A stretch of 32,000 bases of DNA from Paracoccus suum (GTDB taxonomy: Bacteria; Pseudomonadota; Alphaproteobacteria; Rhodobacterales; Rhodobacteraceae), in NCBI RefSeq assembly GCF_003324675.1, contig NZ_CP030918.1, forward strand, positions 660,001-692,000. Direction: 5' to 3'. Numbering within the stretch: position 1 is the first letter of the stretch; each line of letters opens with the position of its first letter. The notes beneath the pieces were generated by a model that ran no database searches, was not told the DNA's origin, and saw nothing but the letters and a program-made list of their open reading frames with translations. The translations under genes were made by a program, and so were the position numbers. This document shows, one piece after another, positions 1 through 8,173 of the stretch.

Positions 1-300
1 CCCGGCAAGCAGCCGCGAGCCTGCCTCGGTCGCAACCCCGGCGCTGTCGATATTGTCCTTCCAGCTGAGGGCGACCCCGTCCAGCAGCCCGCGGCGCAGA
101 CCGGCCCGCGCCCGGTCATGCGACGCAATCGCCTCGGCCCGTGCGCGCTCGGGCGTCATCCGGGCATAAATGCGCGTGCCATAGGGATGGGCCGCGGCGG
201 CGGCGAGGTAAGCCTCGGTCTGGTCCACCGGGTCCAGCACGCCGGCCATCATCGCCTGCCCTTGCTCGACCGCAGTCGCCTTCAACCAGTCCATGCGCAT
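1..300 (-). CDS. Amidase-signature family amidohydrolase, N-terminal 100 codons (gene continues past the window start)
   Basis: My own minus-strand translation from the ATG at 300-298 gives MRMDWLKATAVEQGQAMMAGVLDPVDQTEAYLAAAAAHPYGTRIYARMTPERARAEAIASHDRARAGLRRGLLDGVALSWKDNIDSAGVATEAGSRLLAG. The LDGVxxSWKDNIDxxGxxTxxGS stretch resembles the N-terminal part of the amidase signature. GC3 is high. The ORF is absent from the track because it runs off the edge. Confidence 0.75.
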   Translation of the reverse strand, partial: MRMDWLKATAVEQGQAMMAGVLDPVDQTEAYLAAAAAHPYGTRIYARMTPERARAEAIASHDRARAGLRRGLLDGVALSWKDNIDSAGVATEAGSRLLAG

Positions 301-420
301 CCCCCTTCCCGGCCAGGCGCACAGGCTAACCCGGCACACATCCGCCGCGCAACGCGCCACAGACCGGGGCAATCACTTAGGATGGTGAGCGCCCGCGGTG
401 GTCGGTCCGACGCAACGATC

Positions 421-594
421 CTAACGCAGCGCGCCCTCCCCCGGCGCCGCATAGATCGATTCCACGATCGGGTTGCTGGCCAGTGAGGGCAGGTCGGATG
501 GCGCGACCTCGACGATCCAGCCGCGAAGCTTGTTGGCGTCACGTACCGTGACCGGCAGCGTGTCCAAGGCGGTGGCTACACGCCAGATACCCAT
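421..594 (-). CDS. Small hypothetical protein (57 aa), below the ORF-track length cutoff
   Basis: My own translation gives MGIWRVATALDTLPVTVRDANKLRGWIVEVAPSDLPSLASNPIVESIYAAPGEGALR, ending at TAG (423-421). GAGAGG sits 7 nt upstream of the ATG. Third-position GC is typical of the host. I recognise no family. Confidence 0.35.
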   Translation of the reverse strand: MGIWRVATALDTLPVTVRDANKLRGWIVEVAPSDLPSLASNPIVESIYAAPGEGALR

Positions 595-1068
595 GGAGAG
601 ACCTCTCGGCGAAGAGACGCGGGCAGGAATTGGCAGCCATGAAATGCAAAATTTTTCGACGCTTGGCCCGAAATGACCGGAACGCTGATTCGTTTGGAGA
701 TCGACTGCCTATTGTAGACAACATGCTAAGAGAATACCCGAGCGAAAGGCTGCCATTTTTGAAGGATCACACTGCGAACGCTTTGGCTATGGGGAGGGAA
801 CAGGTTTGCTTGTGGCACAAAAATATCTTATAAACTTTTTGGTAGATTGCGGAATTAGTTTGGGATTTAAAATACCTTTACGCCGTGAGTCAAAGGAGCC
901 CCAGTCAGCTTCCAACATCATGGCGGCCATTGCCGGATGTTGCCAGATATCGGATCCACGGCAAGGAGCGCTTAATTTTAGTATTGGGGCGAAGATTGGC
1001 CGGTGGCGGATAAATCGCGCTCCCTTCCCCCTCCTCCAAGCTGCTCGGAAAGTGAAGTTCTAAATTTT
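595..1068. other. AT-rich non-coding island (no convincing ORF on either strand)
   Basis: Hand counts of 60-nt lines give about 38-57% G+C (lowest at 781-900), against about 65-68% in the flanks. The ORFs listed here (630..833, 806..1063, 905..1186) have atypical composition and no recognisable motifs. Confidence 0.6.
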
Positions 1069-2010
1069 CTATGGGTTTAGTGGTTGCGCCAAAGAAATTG
1101 ACCGGGATTTTCCTGCCTGCCTGAGCGGCTGCCCAAAAGCTTGGCGGTGGGCCTTGCTCAGTGCTGGCGCCCCCGAATACCCGCACCGTAACGCGATTTC
1201 CCGCAGGTTCAGGTCGGTGCTGGCCGCCATATCCCTCGCACGGGCGAGGCGGAGCATCTGGAAGTAGCGGCCGGGCGCCATGCCGACCTCGAACCGGAAC
1301 ATGCGATCAAGCTTTCCCAGCGAAACGCCGGCCTCGGCTGCGATCCGCTCCAGCGGCGGCGCGGCCTCAATCTGGCTGGACATCAGGGCGACGATCTGGC
1401 GTAGGCGGGCGCTGCCGCTGCCCGGAAGGCGGGCGCGGGGCTGGTCGGGCGTCAGGCTGGCGTCGTGCAGGAACATGTTGGCCGCGAGGAAGGCGTTGGC
1501 CTGTCCGAACCGCTCGCCGATGAAGACCAGCATCAGGTCGAGCGCCGCCGACGCGCTGCCGCAGGACCAGATGCGGCCTTGGGTGACGTGCTTGTCGGGA
1601 GCGACCTGCACCTCCGGGAAGGCCTCGGCGAAATCCGCAAGCAAGGACCAGTGAAGCGTGGCGCGCTGGCCTGACAGCAGGCCAGCCGCGGCGATGATCC
1701 AGGCGCCGGTATCGGCACCGACGACAATCGCCGCCGCGCGCGCAAGGCGCCGCACGTGGCGGGCATGCCTGGCATGGTCCGCATAGCCGTAGCCCGCCAC
1801 CAGGATCAGCATGTCGTACCCCGTTGCCGCTGGACCGTCGGGCGCAATCTGCAGCCCGCTCGAGGAGCGGACCGGCCGTTCATCCGGCGTCAGCACCTGC
1901 CAGCTGATATCGTGGCCGGTCTGGTCGCGCACGGCACGTAGCGGCTCCAGCAGGCACGACAGGACCATGTTGGAAAAGCCGTCGAACAGAAGGAAGCCGA
2001 CCCGCGTCAT
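1069..2010 (-). CDS. GlxA-family AraC-type transcriptional regulator (DJ-1/PfpI-like N-domain plus HTH), CdhR-like by position
   Basis: The sequence MTRVGFLLFDGFSNMVLSCLLEPLRAV... matches the DJ-1-like fold, and the C-terminal LREIALRCGYSGAPALSKAHRQAFGQP is an AraC HTH. It is divergent from the BKACE/carnitine dehydrogenase pair. I trimmed the start to the ATG at 2010, because the track start at 2052 is a TTG. Confidence 0.85.
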   Translation of the reverse strand: MTRVGFLLFDGFSNMVLSCLLEPLRAVRDQTGHDISWQVLTPDERPVRSSSGLQIAPDGPAATGYDMLILVAGYGYADHARHARHVRRLARAAAIVVGADTGAWIIAAAGLLSGQRATLHWSLLADFAEAFPEVQVAPDKHVTQGRIWSCGSASAALDLMLVFIGERFGQANAFLAANMFLHDASLTPDQPRARLPGSGSARLRQIVALMSSQIEAAPPLERIAAEAGVSLGKLDRMFRFEVGMAPGRYFQMLRLARARDMAASTDLNLREIALRCGYSGAPALSKAHRQAFGQPLRQAGKSRSISLAQPLNP

Positions 2011-2103
2011 CAAAGTTGATGGTATTGGACAATTTCGAGTGGATAAAGACAATCTTTGGCGCGGCTGGCCGCCCTAGGATGCCGCCACAAGAGGGAGAGA
2101 GCG

Positions 2104-3027
2104 ATGCCGCTGAGCATGAACAAGGATGTCTTCATCACCTGCGCGGTGACTGGTTCCGGCGCCACGCAGGACCGCTCACCCCACGTGCCGCGCAGCCCGG
2201 CGCAGATCGCCGAAAGCGCCATCGAGGCGGCCAGGGCCGGCGCGGCAATCGTCCATTGCCACGTCCGCGACCCGGAAACCGGAAAGCCTGCGCGCGACCC
2301 CGCCCTTTACCGCGAAGTGACCGAGCGGATCCGCGATTCATCGGTCGACGTGGTCCTGAACCTGACCGCCGGGATGGGCGGGGACATCATTTTCGGGCCG
2401 CCCGAGGCGCCATTTCCGGTCAATGCCGCGGCCACCGACATGGTCGGCGCGACGGAACGAATGGCCCACGTCGCAGAATGCCTGCCGGAAATCTGCACCC
2501 TCGATTGCGGCACGATGAACTTTGCCGAGGCCGATTACGTCATGACCAACACGCCCGGCATGCTGCGCGCTATGGGCGGGATCATGACCAGCCTTGGCGT
2601 AACGCCCGAGATCGAGGCCTTTGACACCGGCCATCTGTGGCTCGCCAAGGAACTGGTGCGCGAAGGGGTGCTGAACAGCCCGGCTCTGGTCCAGTTGTGC
2701 ATGGGCGTGCCCTGGGGGGCACCGAACGATTTGAACACTTTCATGGCGATGGTAAATGCGGTGCCGACCGACTGGTGCTGGTCGGCCTTCAGCCTCGGCC
2801 GCGACCAGATGCCCTATGTCGCAGCATCGGTGCTGGCCGGCGGCAATGTGCGCGTCGGGCTTGAGGACAACCTGTGGCTCGGCAAGGGGCAGCTTGCGAC
2901 CAACGCGCAGTTGGTTGAACGGGCGGCCAACATCATCGAGGGCATGGGCGGCCGGGTGATCGGTCCCGATGCGGTGCGTGAGAAGCTGGGGCTGACCAAG
3001 CGCGCGCCGCGGGCGGCGGCGGCATGA
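2104..3027 (+). CDS. Beta-keto acid cleavage enzyme (BKACE/DUF849), likely dehydrocarnitine cleavage enzyme
   Basis: Family-typical motifs are VFITCAVTG, VHCHVRDPETGKP (an HxH metal site) and GGNVRVGLEDN. GGGAGAG lies upstream of the ATG at 2104, whereas the track start at 2056 is a TTG. The stop overlaps the next start (ATGA at 3024-3027). Confidence 0.85.
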   Translation: MPLSMNKDVFITCAVTGSGATQDRSPHVPRSPAQIAESAIEAARAGAAIVHCHVRDPETGKPARDPALYREVTERIRDSSVDVVLNLTAGMGGDIIFGPPEAPFPVNAAATDMVGATERMAHVAECLPEICTLDCGTMNFAEADYVMTNTPGMLRAMGGIMTSLGVTPEIEAFDTGHLWLAKELVREGVLNSPALVQLCMGVPWGAPNDLNTFMAMVNAVPTDWCWSAFSLGRDQMPYVAASVLAGGNVRVGLEDNLWLGKGQLATNAQLVERAANIIEGMGGRVIGPDAVREKLGLTKRAPRAAAA

Positions 3028-4439
3028 AGGCCGCGATCGTCGGTGGTGGCGTCATCGGTGGCGGCTGGGCCGCGCGCTTTCTTCTGAACGGCTGGGACGT
3101 CGCGGTTTTCGACCCGGACCCGGAGGCCGAACGCAAGATCGGCGAGGTGCTGACCAACGCGCGCCGCGCCCTGCCCGCCGTCTATGACCGCGCCCTGCCG
3201 CCCGAGGGGCTGCTGAGCTTCCATGCCGACATGGCAGATGCGGTCGCCGGAGCAGCCTGGGTGCAGGAGAGCGTGCCCGAGACGCTGGCCCTCAAGCACA
3301 AGGTCCTGCCCGCAATCGCCGCTGCAGCGCCGGATGCGATCATCGGCTCCTCGACCTCAGGCTTCAAACCGTCCGAGTTGAACGCGGGCGGGACCGCCGC
3401 CATCGTCGCCCATCCGTTCAACCCGGTCTATCTGCTGCCGCTGGTCGAACTGGTCGGCGATCCCGCCACCTGCACCAAGGCCGCGGAAATCCTGCGCGGC
3501 ATCGGCATGTTCCCCCTGCACATCCGCAAGGAAATCGACGCCCATATCGCCGACCGTCTGCTCGAGGCCGTCTGGCGCGAGGCCTTGTGGTTGGTCAAGG
3601 ACGGGATCGCCACCACGGAGGAGATCGACGAGTCCATACGCATGGGCTTTGGCATCCGCTGGGCGCAGATGGGCCTGTTCGAGACCTACCGCATCGCCGG
3701 GGGCGAGGCCGGGATGGCGCATTTCATGGCCCAGTTCGGCCCGGCCCTCGCCTGGCCCTGGACCAAGCTGATGGACGTGCCCGAATTCAACGACGAGCTT
3801 GTCGCGCTGATCGCGGGCCAGTCCGACGCGCAATCGGGTCACCTGTCGATCCGCGGGCTCGAACGGCTGCGTGACGACAATATCGTCGGCATCCTGCGCG
3901 CGCTGCGCCGCTCCGGCAGCGGCGCAGGGGGGGTAATTACCGCGCATGAGGAATCGTTGCCCGACCTGGGCCAGCAAGACGGCCTGCCGGTGACAATGCG
4001 TCGGCCGGTGCCGGTGACCTGGACCGACGCGAACGGCCACATGAACGAGACGCATTACCTCGAGGCGGGCTCGCTGGCCTCGGACCGCTTCATGGCGATG
4101 GTCGGTGCGGATGCCGACTATATTGCTGCCGGCAAAAGCTATTTCACCGTCGAGAACCACATCCGCTACCTGGACGAAGTTCTGGCCGGCGAGATGCTGA
4201 CGGTCACGACGCAGGTCCTGGCGGGCGAGGGCAAGCGGCTGCATCTGCTCCACCGCCTGTGGAAGGATGGCAAGCGCTTGTCCGCAACGGTCGAATCGCT
4301 GCTGCTGCACACCGATCTGCAGACCCGCCGCACCAGCCTGCCGGACGAGGCCGTTGCCCGAAAGCTGGCGGACTGGGCCGCGCGCCATGCCGGGATCGAG
4401 GCCGAAGGGGCAGGCCGCTTCGTGGGGCAGCGGCCGTAA
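3024..4439 (+). CDS. lcdH: L-carnitine dehydrogenase (3-hydroxyacyl-CoA dehydrogenase fold) fused to a C-terminal hotdog thioesterase domain
   Basis: The N-terminus has a Rossmann motif, AAIVGGGVIGGGWAARFLLNGWDVAVFDP, followed by a 3HCDH C-domain. The last ~140 aa (VTWTDANGHMNETHYLEAG...YFTVENHIRYLDEV...) resemble 4HBT-type thioesterases. The gene is translationally coupled to the BKACE gene. Confidence 0.85.
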   Translation: MKAAIVGGGVIGGGWAARFLLNGWDVAVFDPDPEAERKIGEVLTNARRALPAVYDRALPPEGLLSFHADMADAVAGAAWVQESVPETLALKHKVLPAIAAAAPDAIIGSSTSGFKPSELNAGGTAAIVAHPFNPVYLLPLVELVGDPATCTKAAEILRGIGMFPLHIRKEIDAHIADRLLEAVWREALWLVKDGIATTEEIDESIRMGFGIRWAQMGLFETYRIAGGEAGMAHFMAQFGPALAWPWTKLMDVPEFNDELVALIAGQSDAQSGHLSIRGLERLRDDNIVGILRALRRSGSGAGGVITAHEESLPDLGQQDGLPVTMRRPVPVTWTDANGHMNETHYLEAGSLASDRFMAMVGADADYIAAGKSYFTVENHIRYLDEVLAGEMLTVTTQVLAGEGKRLHLLHRLWKDGKRLSATVESLLLHTDLQTRRTSLPDEAVARKLADWAARHAGIEAEGAGRFVGQRP

Positions 4440-4455
4440 GGCTGCGCGAACCGGC

Positions 4456-5424
4456 GTGATCTTCCAACCCAACACGGCGCCGCTGGACGTCACGGTCCTC
4501 GTACTGCCCGAGGCTTCGCTGATGAGCCTCGCGGCCACGGTCGATCCTATGCGCGCGGCAAACCGCATTACTGGCGGCACGCCCTATCGCTGGCGCGTCG
4601 TATCGATGGACGGCCAGCCCGTCGCGACCAGCGGCGGGTTGATGGTTCAGGTCGACGCCGCCTTTCAGCCTGCGCAGGATTGCGACCTGCTTCTCGTCGT
4701 GGCCGCGTTCAATGCTGCCCGCCACGCCACCGCACCCACCTTGGCGGCGGTGCGGCAAGGCGCCCGACGGGCGCGGATGGTCGGCGGGGTCGAATCCGGC
4801 AGCTGGGTCCTCGCCCTGGCCGGGCTGCTCGACGGGCGCGCGGCCACCACCCATTGGGAGGACCTGGAGGATTTCGCCGCCCGCTTTCCGCAGATCAAGG
4901 TGCTGCCGGATCGCTGGGTCGTGGACGGCTCTGTCGTGACTACCGGGGCGGCTGCACCCGCACTGGATTTCATGCTGGCGCTTATCCGCGCCCGCCAGGG
5001 GATCGGCGCCGCGATGAACGTCGCCAGCCTTTACGTCTATGACGAGGTGCGACTGCCGACCGACGCGCAGCCTTTGGTGTCGCTGGGCCGGATCGACTGC
5101 CTGGACCGCCGCGTGGCTCGCGCGATCCGCCTGATGGAGGAGCATGTGGATACGCCGCGCACCGTCGGTGCGATCGCGACCGAGATCGGCTGCTCCAGCC
5201 GCACGCTGGAATTGCTGTTTCGCGAGGCGGTCAAGACTTCGCCGGCCGACTATTATGCCTCGCTGCGCCTGCAGGTCGCGCGGCGGATGATCGTCGACAC
5301 GGACCTGTCGATGGTCGAGATCGCCATCCGAACAGGCTTTTCGTCCATCTCGGCGCTATCGCGGGCCTATCGGCGGCGGTTCGGGCATCCCCCGACCGCC
5401 GCCCGGCGCGCGTTACAGTCCTAG
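4456..5424 (+). CDS. Second GlxA-family AraC-type transcriptional regulator
   Basis: The DJ-1-like beta1 strand is LDVTVLVLPEASLMSLAATVDPMRAAN, and the C-terminal AraC HTH is MVEIAIRTGFSSISALSRAYRRRFGHPP. I chose the GTG at 4456 (17 nt after the lcdH stop). The longer track ORF from 4267 overlaps the lcdH coding region. Confidence 0.8.
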   Translation: MIFQPNTAPLDVTVLVLPEASLMSLAATVDPMRAANRITGGTPYRWRVVSMDGQPVATSGGLMVQVDAAFQPAQDCDLLLVVAAFNAARHATAPTLAAVRQGARRARMVGGVESGSWVLALAGLLDGRAATTHWEDLEDFAARFPQIKVLPDRWVVDGSVVTTGAAAPALDFMLALIRARQGIGAAMNVASLYVYDEVRLPTDAQPLVSLGRIDCLDRRVARAIRLMEEHVDTPRTVGAIATEIGCSSRTLELLFREAVKTSPADYYASLRLQVARRMIVDTDLSMVEIAIRTGFSSISALSRAYRRRFGHPPTAARRALQS

Positions 5425-6351
5425 CGCCTTTTTCGCCGCCGGCAGCGCAGGCTCGCCGGTGAAGGTCGTCACGCCGTCCAGCCAGCCATCGAGGGCGGCC
5501 GGGTTCTCTTTCAGCCAGCGTTCTGCGGCCGCAGCCGGCTCCAGCCCGTCATCGAGGACATAGGCCATCATCTTGTCCTCGGCTTCTACGGTGAAGGCGA
5601 GGTTCGACAGGAACTTGCCGAGGTTCGGACATTCGGCCGACAGGCCCTTGCGGGTATCGGTCAGCACCGTCGCCGCACCATCATTCGGCCCGAACATGTC
5701 CTTGCCGTCGGTCAGGTATTCCATTTCGTAGCGGACGTTCATCGGATGGGGGCGCCAGCCAAAGAACAGGATGTCCTTGCCACCATTGATGGCGCGTTCG
5801 ACCTGAGCGAGCATGCCCTGCTCGCTCGACTCGACCAGCTCGAACTTGGAAAGATCGAAGGTGTTGTCGGAAATGGCTTTCAGAATGGTGGTGTTGGCGC
5901 TACTGCCGGATTCGATGCCGTAGATCTTGCCATCCAGCTTGTCCTTGAACTTGGCAATGTCGGCATAGGTCTTCAGCCCGGCATCAAAGGTCGTCTTCGG
6001 TACCGCGAAACCGATCAGCGCGCCTTCCAGGTTGGGCCGGACGACCTCGATATCTCCGGCATCCACCAGCGGTTTCTGGATCGGCTCCTGCAGCGGCATC
6101 CAGTTTCCGAGGAAGACGTCGGTATCGCCCTGCTTCAGCGATTCAAAAGTCACCGCGACGGAGAGGATCTGCGTCTCGGGTGCATAGCCGAGAGCTTTCA
6201 GCACGGTACTGGCGGTGGCAGTCGTGGCGGAAATATCGGTCCAGCCGACATCGGAAAAGCTTGGGGTCTGGCAGGTCTCGGGTTCCGCGGCATAGGCGTG
6301 CGGGGCCGCGGCGATACAGGCGAGCATGGTAGCGACGAGCTTGCGCTTCAT
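5413..6351 (-). CDS. Periplasmic substrate-binding protein of the glycine betaine/choline/carnitine (OpuAC/ProX) family, with no cognate permease or ATPase in the window
   Basis: The signal peptide is MKRKLVATMLACIAAAPHAYA. DVGWTDISATTA and FLGNWMP are aromatic-box-like motifs typical of quaternary-amine binding proteins. GGAGG lies 7 nt upstream of the ATG. Confidence 0.85.
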   Translation of the reverse strand: MKRKLVATMLACIAAAPHAYAAEPETCQTPSFSDVGWTDISATTATASTVLKALGYAPETQILSVAVTFESLKQGDTDVFLGNWMPLQEPIQKPLVDAGDIEVVRPNLEGALIGFAVPKTTFDAGLKTYADIAKFKDKLDGKIYGIESGSSANTTILKAISDNTFDLSKFELVESSEQGMLAQVERAINGGKDILFFGWRPHPMNVRYEMEYLTDGKDMFGPNDGAATVLTDTRKGLSAECPNLGKFLSNLAFTVEAEDKMMAYVLDDGLEPAAAAERWLKENPAALDGWLDGVTTFTGEPALPAAKKALGL

Positions 6352-6650
6352 TTCTTGACCTCCGGGTTTGGACTGGCCGCGCGGTCCGGCGGCATGCGCG
6401 AAGCATAGCGCGGATCGGGAGGCGCACTTATCCGGATGCGTGGTTTATTTGGCCGATTGCGAAACAAGCCAAGGTCAAGGAGGCGATGCGAGGGCGTGCC
6501 TTGCTGATAGATCGAAGCGCTGTTCTGTGTTGGACCCAACACCAAATGAGCGGCCCGCAATCGCACATTAGCCTCCGGCCGCTTGTGCAACGGTGAGCGG
6601 CGAAGAAGGGGCGCCTTCCGCAGGACAGGTTACCCAAAAAATGGATACGG

Positions 6651-6726
<76 letters not shown>

Positions 6727-6763
6727 GCACCGGGGGGCGATTTGGACCGGCGGCGGCGGCTTG

Positions 6764-7207
6764 TCAAGCGGTGTTCAGGCGCAGGAAGGTGGCAATCTCG
6801 GACGCCGGGCGCAGGCCCGGCAGGCGGGCGATCTCGCGGCCGCGGTGCCACAGGATCAGCAGCGGAATGCCCTGGATGCGCAGGCGCTGGCTGACTTGTG
6901 GAAACGACTGGGTGTCGATCTTGGCAAACCGGACCTGACCAGTGAACTGGGTGGCGGCGGCGGCGAGGTTCGGAGCCATGGCCCGGCATGGCCCGCACCA
7001 CGGCGCCCAGTAATCGACCAGCAGCGGCACATCATCCGCCCCGGCGGCCTTGTCATGGATGGCAAGGTCCAGCTCGGCCACCTTGCCCTCGGCGAGTCGC
7101 GCGCCGCAGGTGCCGCATTTCGCCTGCCCAAGCCGCGCGAGAGGAACGCGGTTTCGCTGCCCGCATACAAGGCATGTCAGAGTGGCGGGATCGGGAGTGC
7201 TGGGCAT
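6764..7207 (-). CDS. trxC: Thioredoxin 2 (zinc-finger thioredoxin)
   Basis: The N-terminus has two CxxC motifs (CLVCGQ...CGTCGA). The active site is [10 protein letters not shown] trimmed the start to the ATG at 7207 (MPSTPDP...). Confidence 0.85.
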   Translation of the reverse strand: MPSTPDPATLTCLVCGQRNRVPLARLGQAKCGTCGARLAEGKVAELDLAIHDKAAGADDVPLLVDYWAPWCGPCRAMAPNLAAAATQFTGQVRFAKIDTQSFPQVSQRLRIQGIPLLILWHRGREIARLPGLRPASEIATFLRLNTA

Positions 7208-7481
7208 GATCGACCTCGGATTGGATGTCGGTGATGTGGGAACGCGGCGGGCGGCGAGCAAGTTCGCGGCTTGTCGCGGACGTCGGATGGCACACGGTGG
7301 GACCATGTGGTCCAGTGGCGCGGCGCGGACTAGGTTGATCCCAACTCCATAAAGGACAGCCAGTGGCCGATCTGACTAATCCTAACGATCCTGCCGGTCC
7401 GCGTCCGCAGAGGGGCCCAGTGGCTCGCGAAGTCGGTTCGTTGATGCTCGCTCGCAGCCGCCCGCATCAAGGCGCGATGTC

Positions 7482-7859
7482 TTGACTGCGCGCCTGCCCG
7501 CGCCACTTAGCGCGCAACTCGCCGCGCTTGGGCTGATCGAGAGTGGCGACGACGGTTTTCTCCCGCCGCCGGAGGTGTCGGCCACCGCCGCCGAAGGGCT
7601 GCGTTTGCGGGCGTTGCACGGGCGCGGCGGCACCGAGGTCGGGCTTGCCCGCGCGATGGGATTAGCGGCAAGCCGGCCGGTCCCGCCAGTCGAGATGCGG
7701 GTCATCGCCGCATGGTTTGCGCGGTTCGCCTACCTGCATGGCAAAGGCGCCTGGGACGACCCGCAGCGCCCGTCCACCGGCTTTATCGCCTGGCAGCTCT
7801 GGGGCGGGGACCCCGGGCGGGCCTGGGTCGAGGGGCTGCGCCGGGACTGGGGCGGCTGA
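7482..7859 (+). CDS. Hypothetical protein (125 aa as listed; start uncertain, TTG at 7482)
   Basis: The ORF has host-like GC3. The core is GLRLRALHGRGGTEVGLARAMGL...WFARFAYLHG...PSTGFIAWQLWGGDPGRAWV. From memory only, this resembles a domain of unknown function seen attached to phage head-morphogenesis proteins. Confidence 0.5.
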   Translation: MTARLPAPLSAQLAALGLIESGDDGFLPPPEVSATAAEGLRLRALHGRGGTEVGLARAMGLAASRPVPPVEMRVIAAWFARFAYLHGKGAWDDPQRPSTGFIAWQLWGGDPGRAWVEGLRRDWGG

Positions 7860-7861
7860 AG

Positions 7862-8170
7862 CTATTCGCAACCGATCCCGTCGCGGTCGCGGTCAAGCCG
7901 CGGGTGGTAGCCCGGATCGCCCCTGTGCACCGGGGCCGCCCCCGCGGCGCGCGCTGCGGCGCAGTTCCGGTAGCCGCTGGCCGGGGCTGCTGGTCTCTTG
8001 CCCCCACCCGCTGCGCGCGGCGCAGCGGAGGCGCCCTTGCGATGACAGTGATAGTCCCCGGTCTTGCGGTTGTAGTGACAGCCTTCTGCGTTCAGGCCGC
8101 CGGGATGGGCCAGAAGGGGTCCCCCGCCAACGGCGAGGGCCGCAAGCGCAATGATCGTGGCACGAATCAT
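7862..8170 (-). CDS. Secreted YHYH-motif / Excalibur calcium-binding domain protein
   Basis: The signal peptide is MIRATIIALAALAVGG. GCHYNRKTGDYHCH is a YHYH-type motif. The C-terminal [36 protein letters not shown] is Excalibur-like (DxDxDGxxCE). Confidence 0.75.
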   Translation of the reverse strand: MIRATIIALAALAVGGGPLLAHPGGLNAEGCHYNRKTGDYHCHRKGASAAPRAAGGGKRPAAPASGYRNCAAARAAGAAPVHRGDPGYHPRLDRDRDGIGCE

Positions 8171-8173
8171 TGG

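Noticed and set aside
421-594. Calling the 57-aa ORF an AtzG/GatC-like amidase partner.
   Set aside because: I see no sequence resemblance to those small subunits, and a 120-nt gap separates it from the amidase. I kept it only as a hypothetical ORF.
1021-1040. The pyrimidine tract CCCTTCCCCCTCCTCC as a CcsR/cuckoo-like anti-SD sRNA loop.
   Set aside because: I could not find a flanking complementary stem that would place the tract in a hairpin loop. The motif order differs from CCUCCUCCC, and there is no nearby terminator.
6486-6596. A 36-codon ORF directly behind a strong AAGGAGG sequence upstream of the binding-protein gene.
   Set aside because: The SD-to-ATG spacing is only 2 nt, and the codons are poor in third-position G/C (CGA, ATA, GAT, GTT, TGT, CAA), unlike host genes.
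7312-7424. The octamer CCAGTGGC occurs three times (7312, 7360, 7417) in the trxC / 7482-gene intergenic region, which might be an operator array.
   Set aside because: The motif is short and GC-rich, its spacing is irregular (48 and 57 nt), and its complement also occurs inside coding sequence (about 22456). This is not distinguishable from chance without genome-wide statistics.
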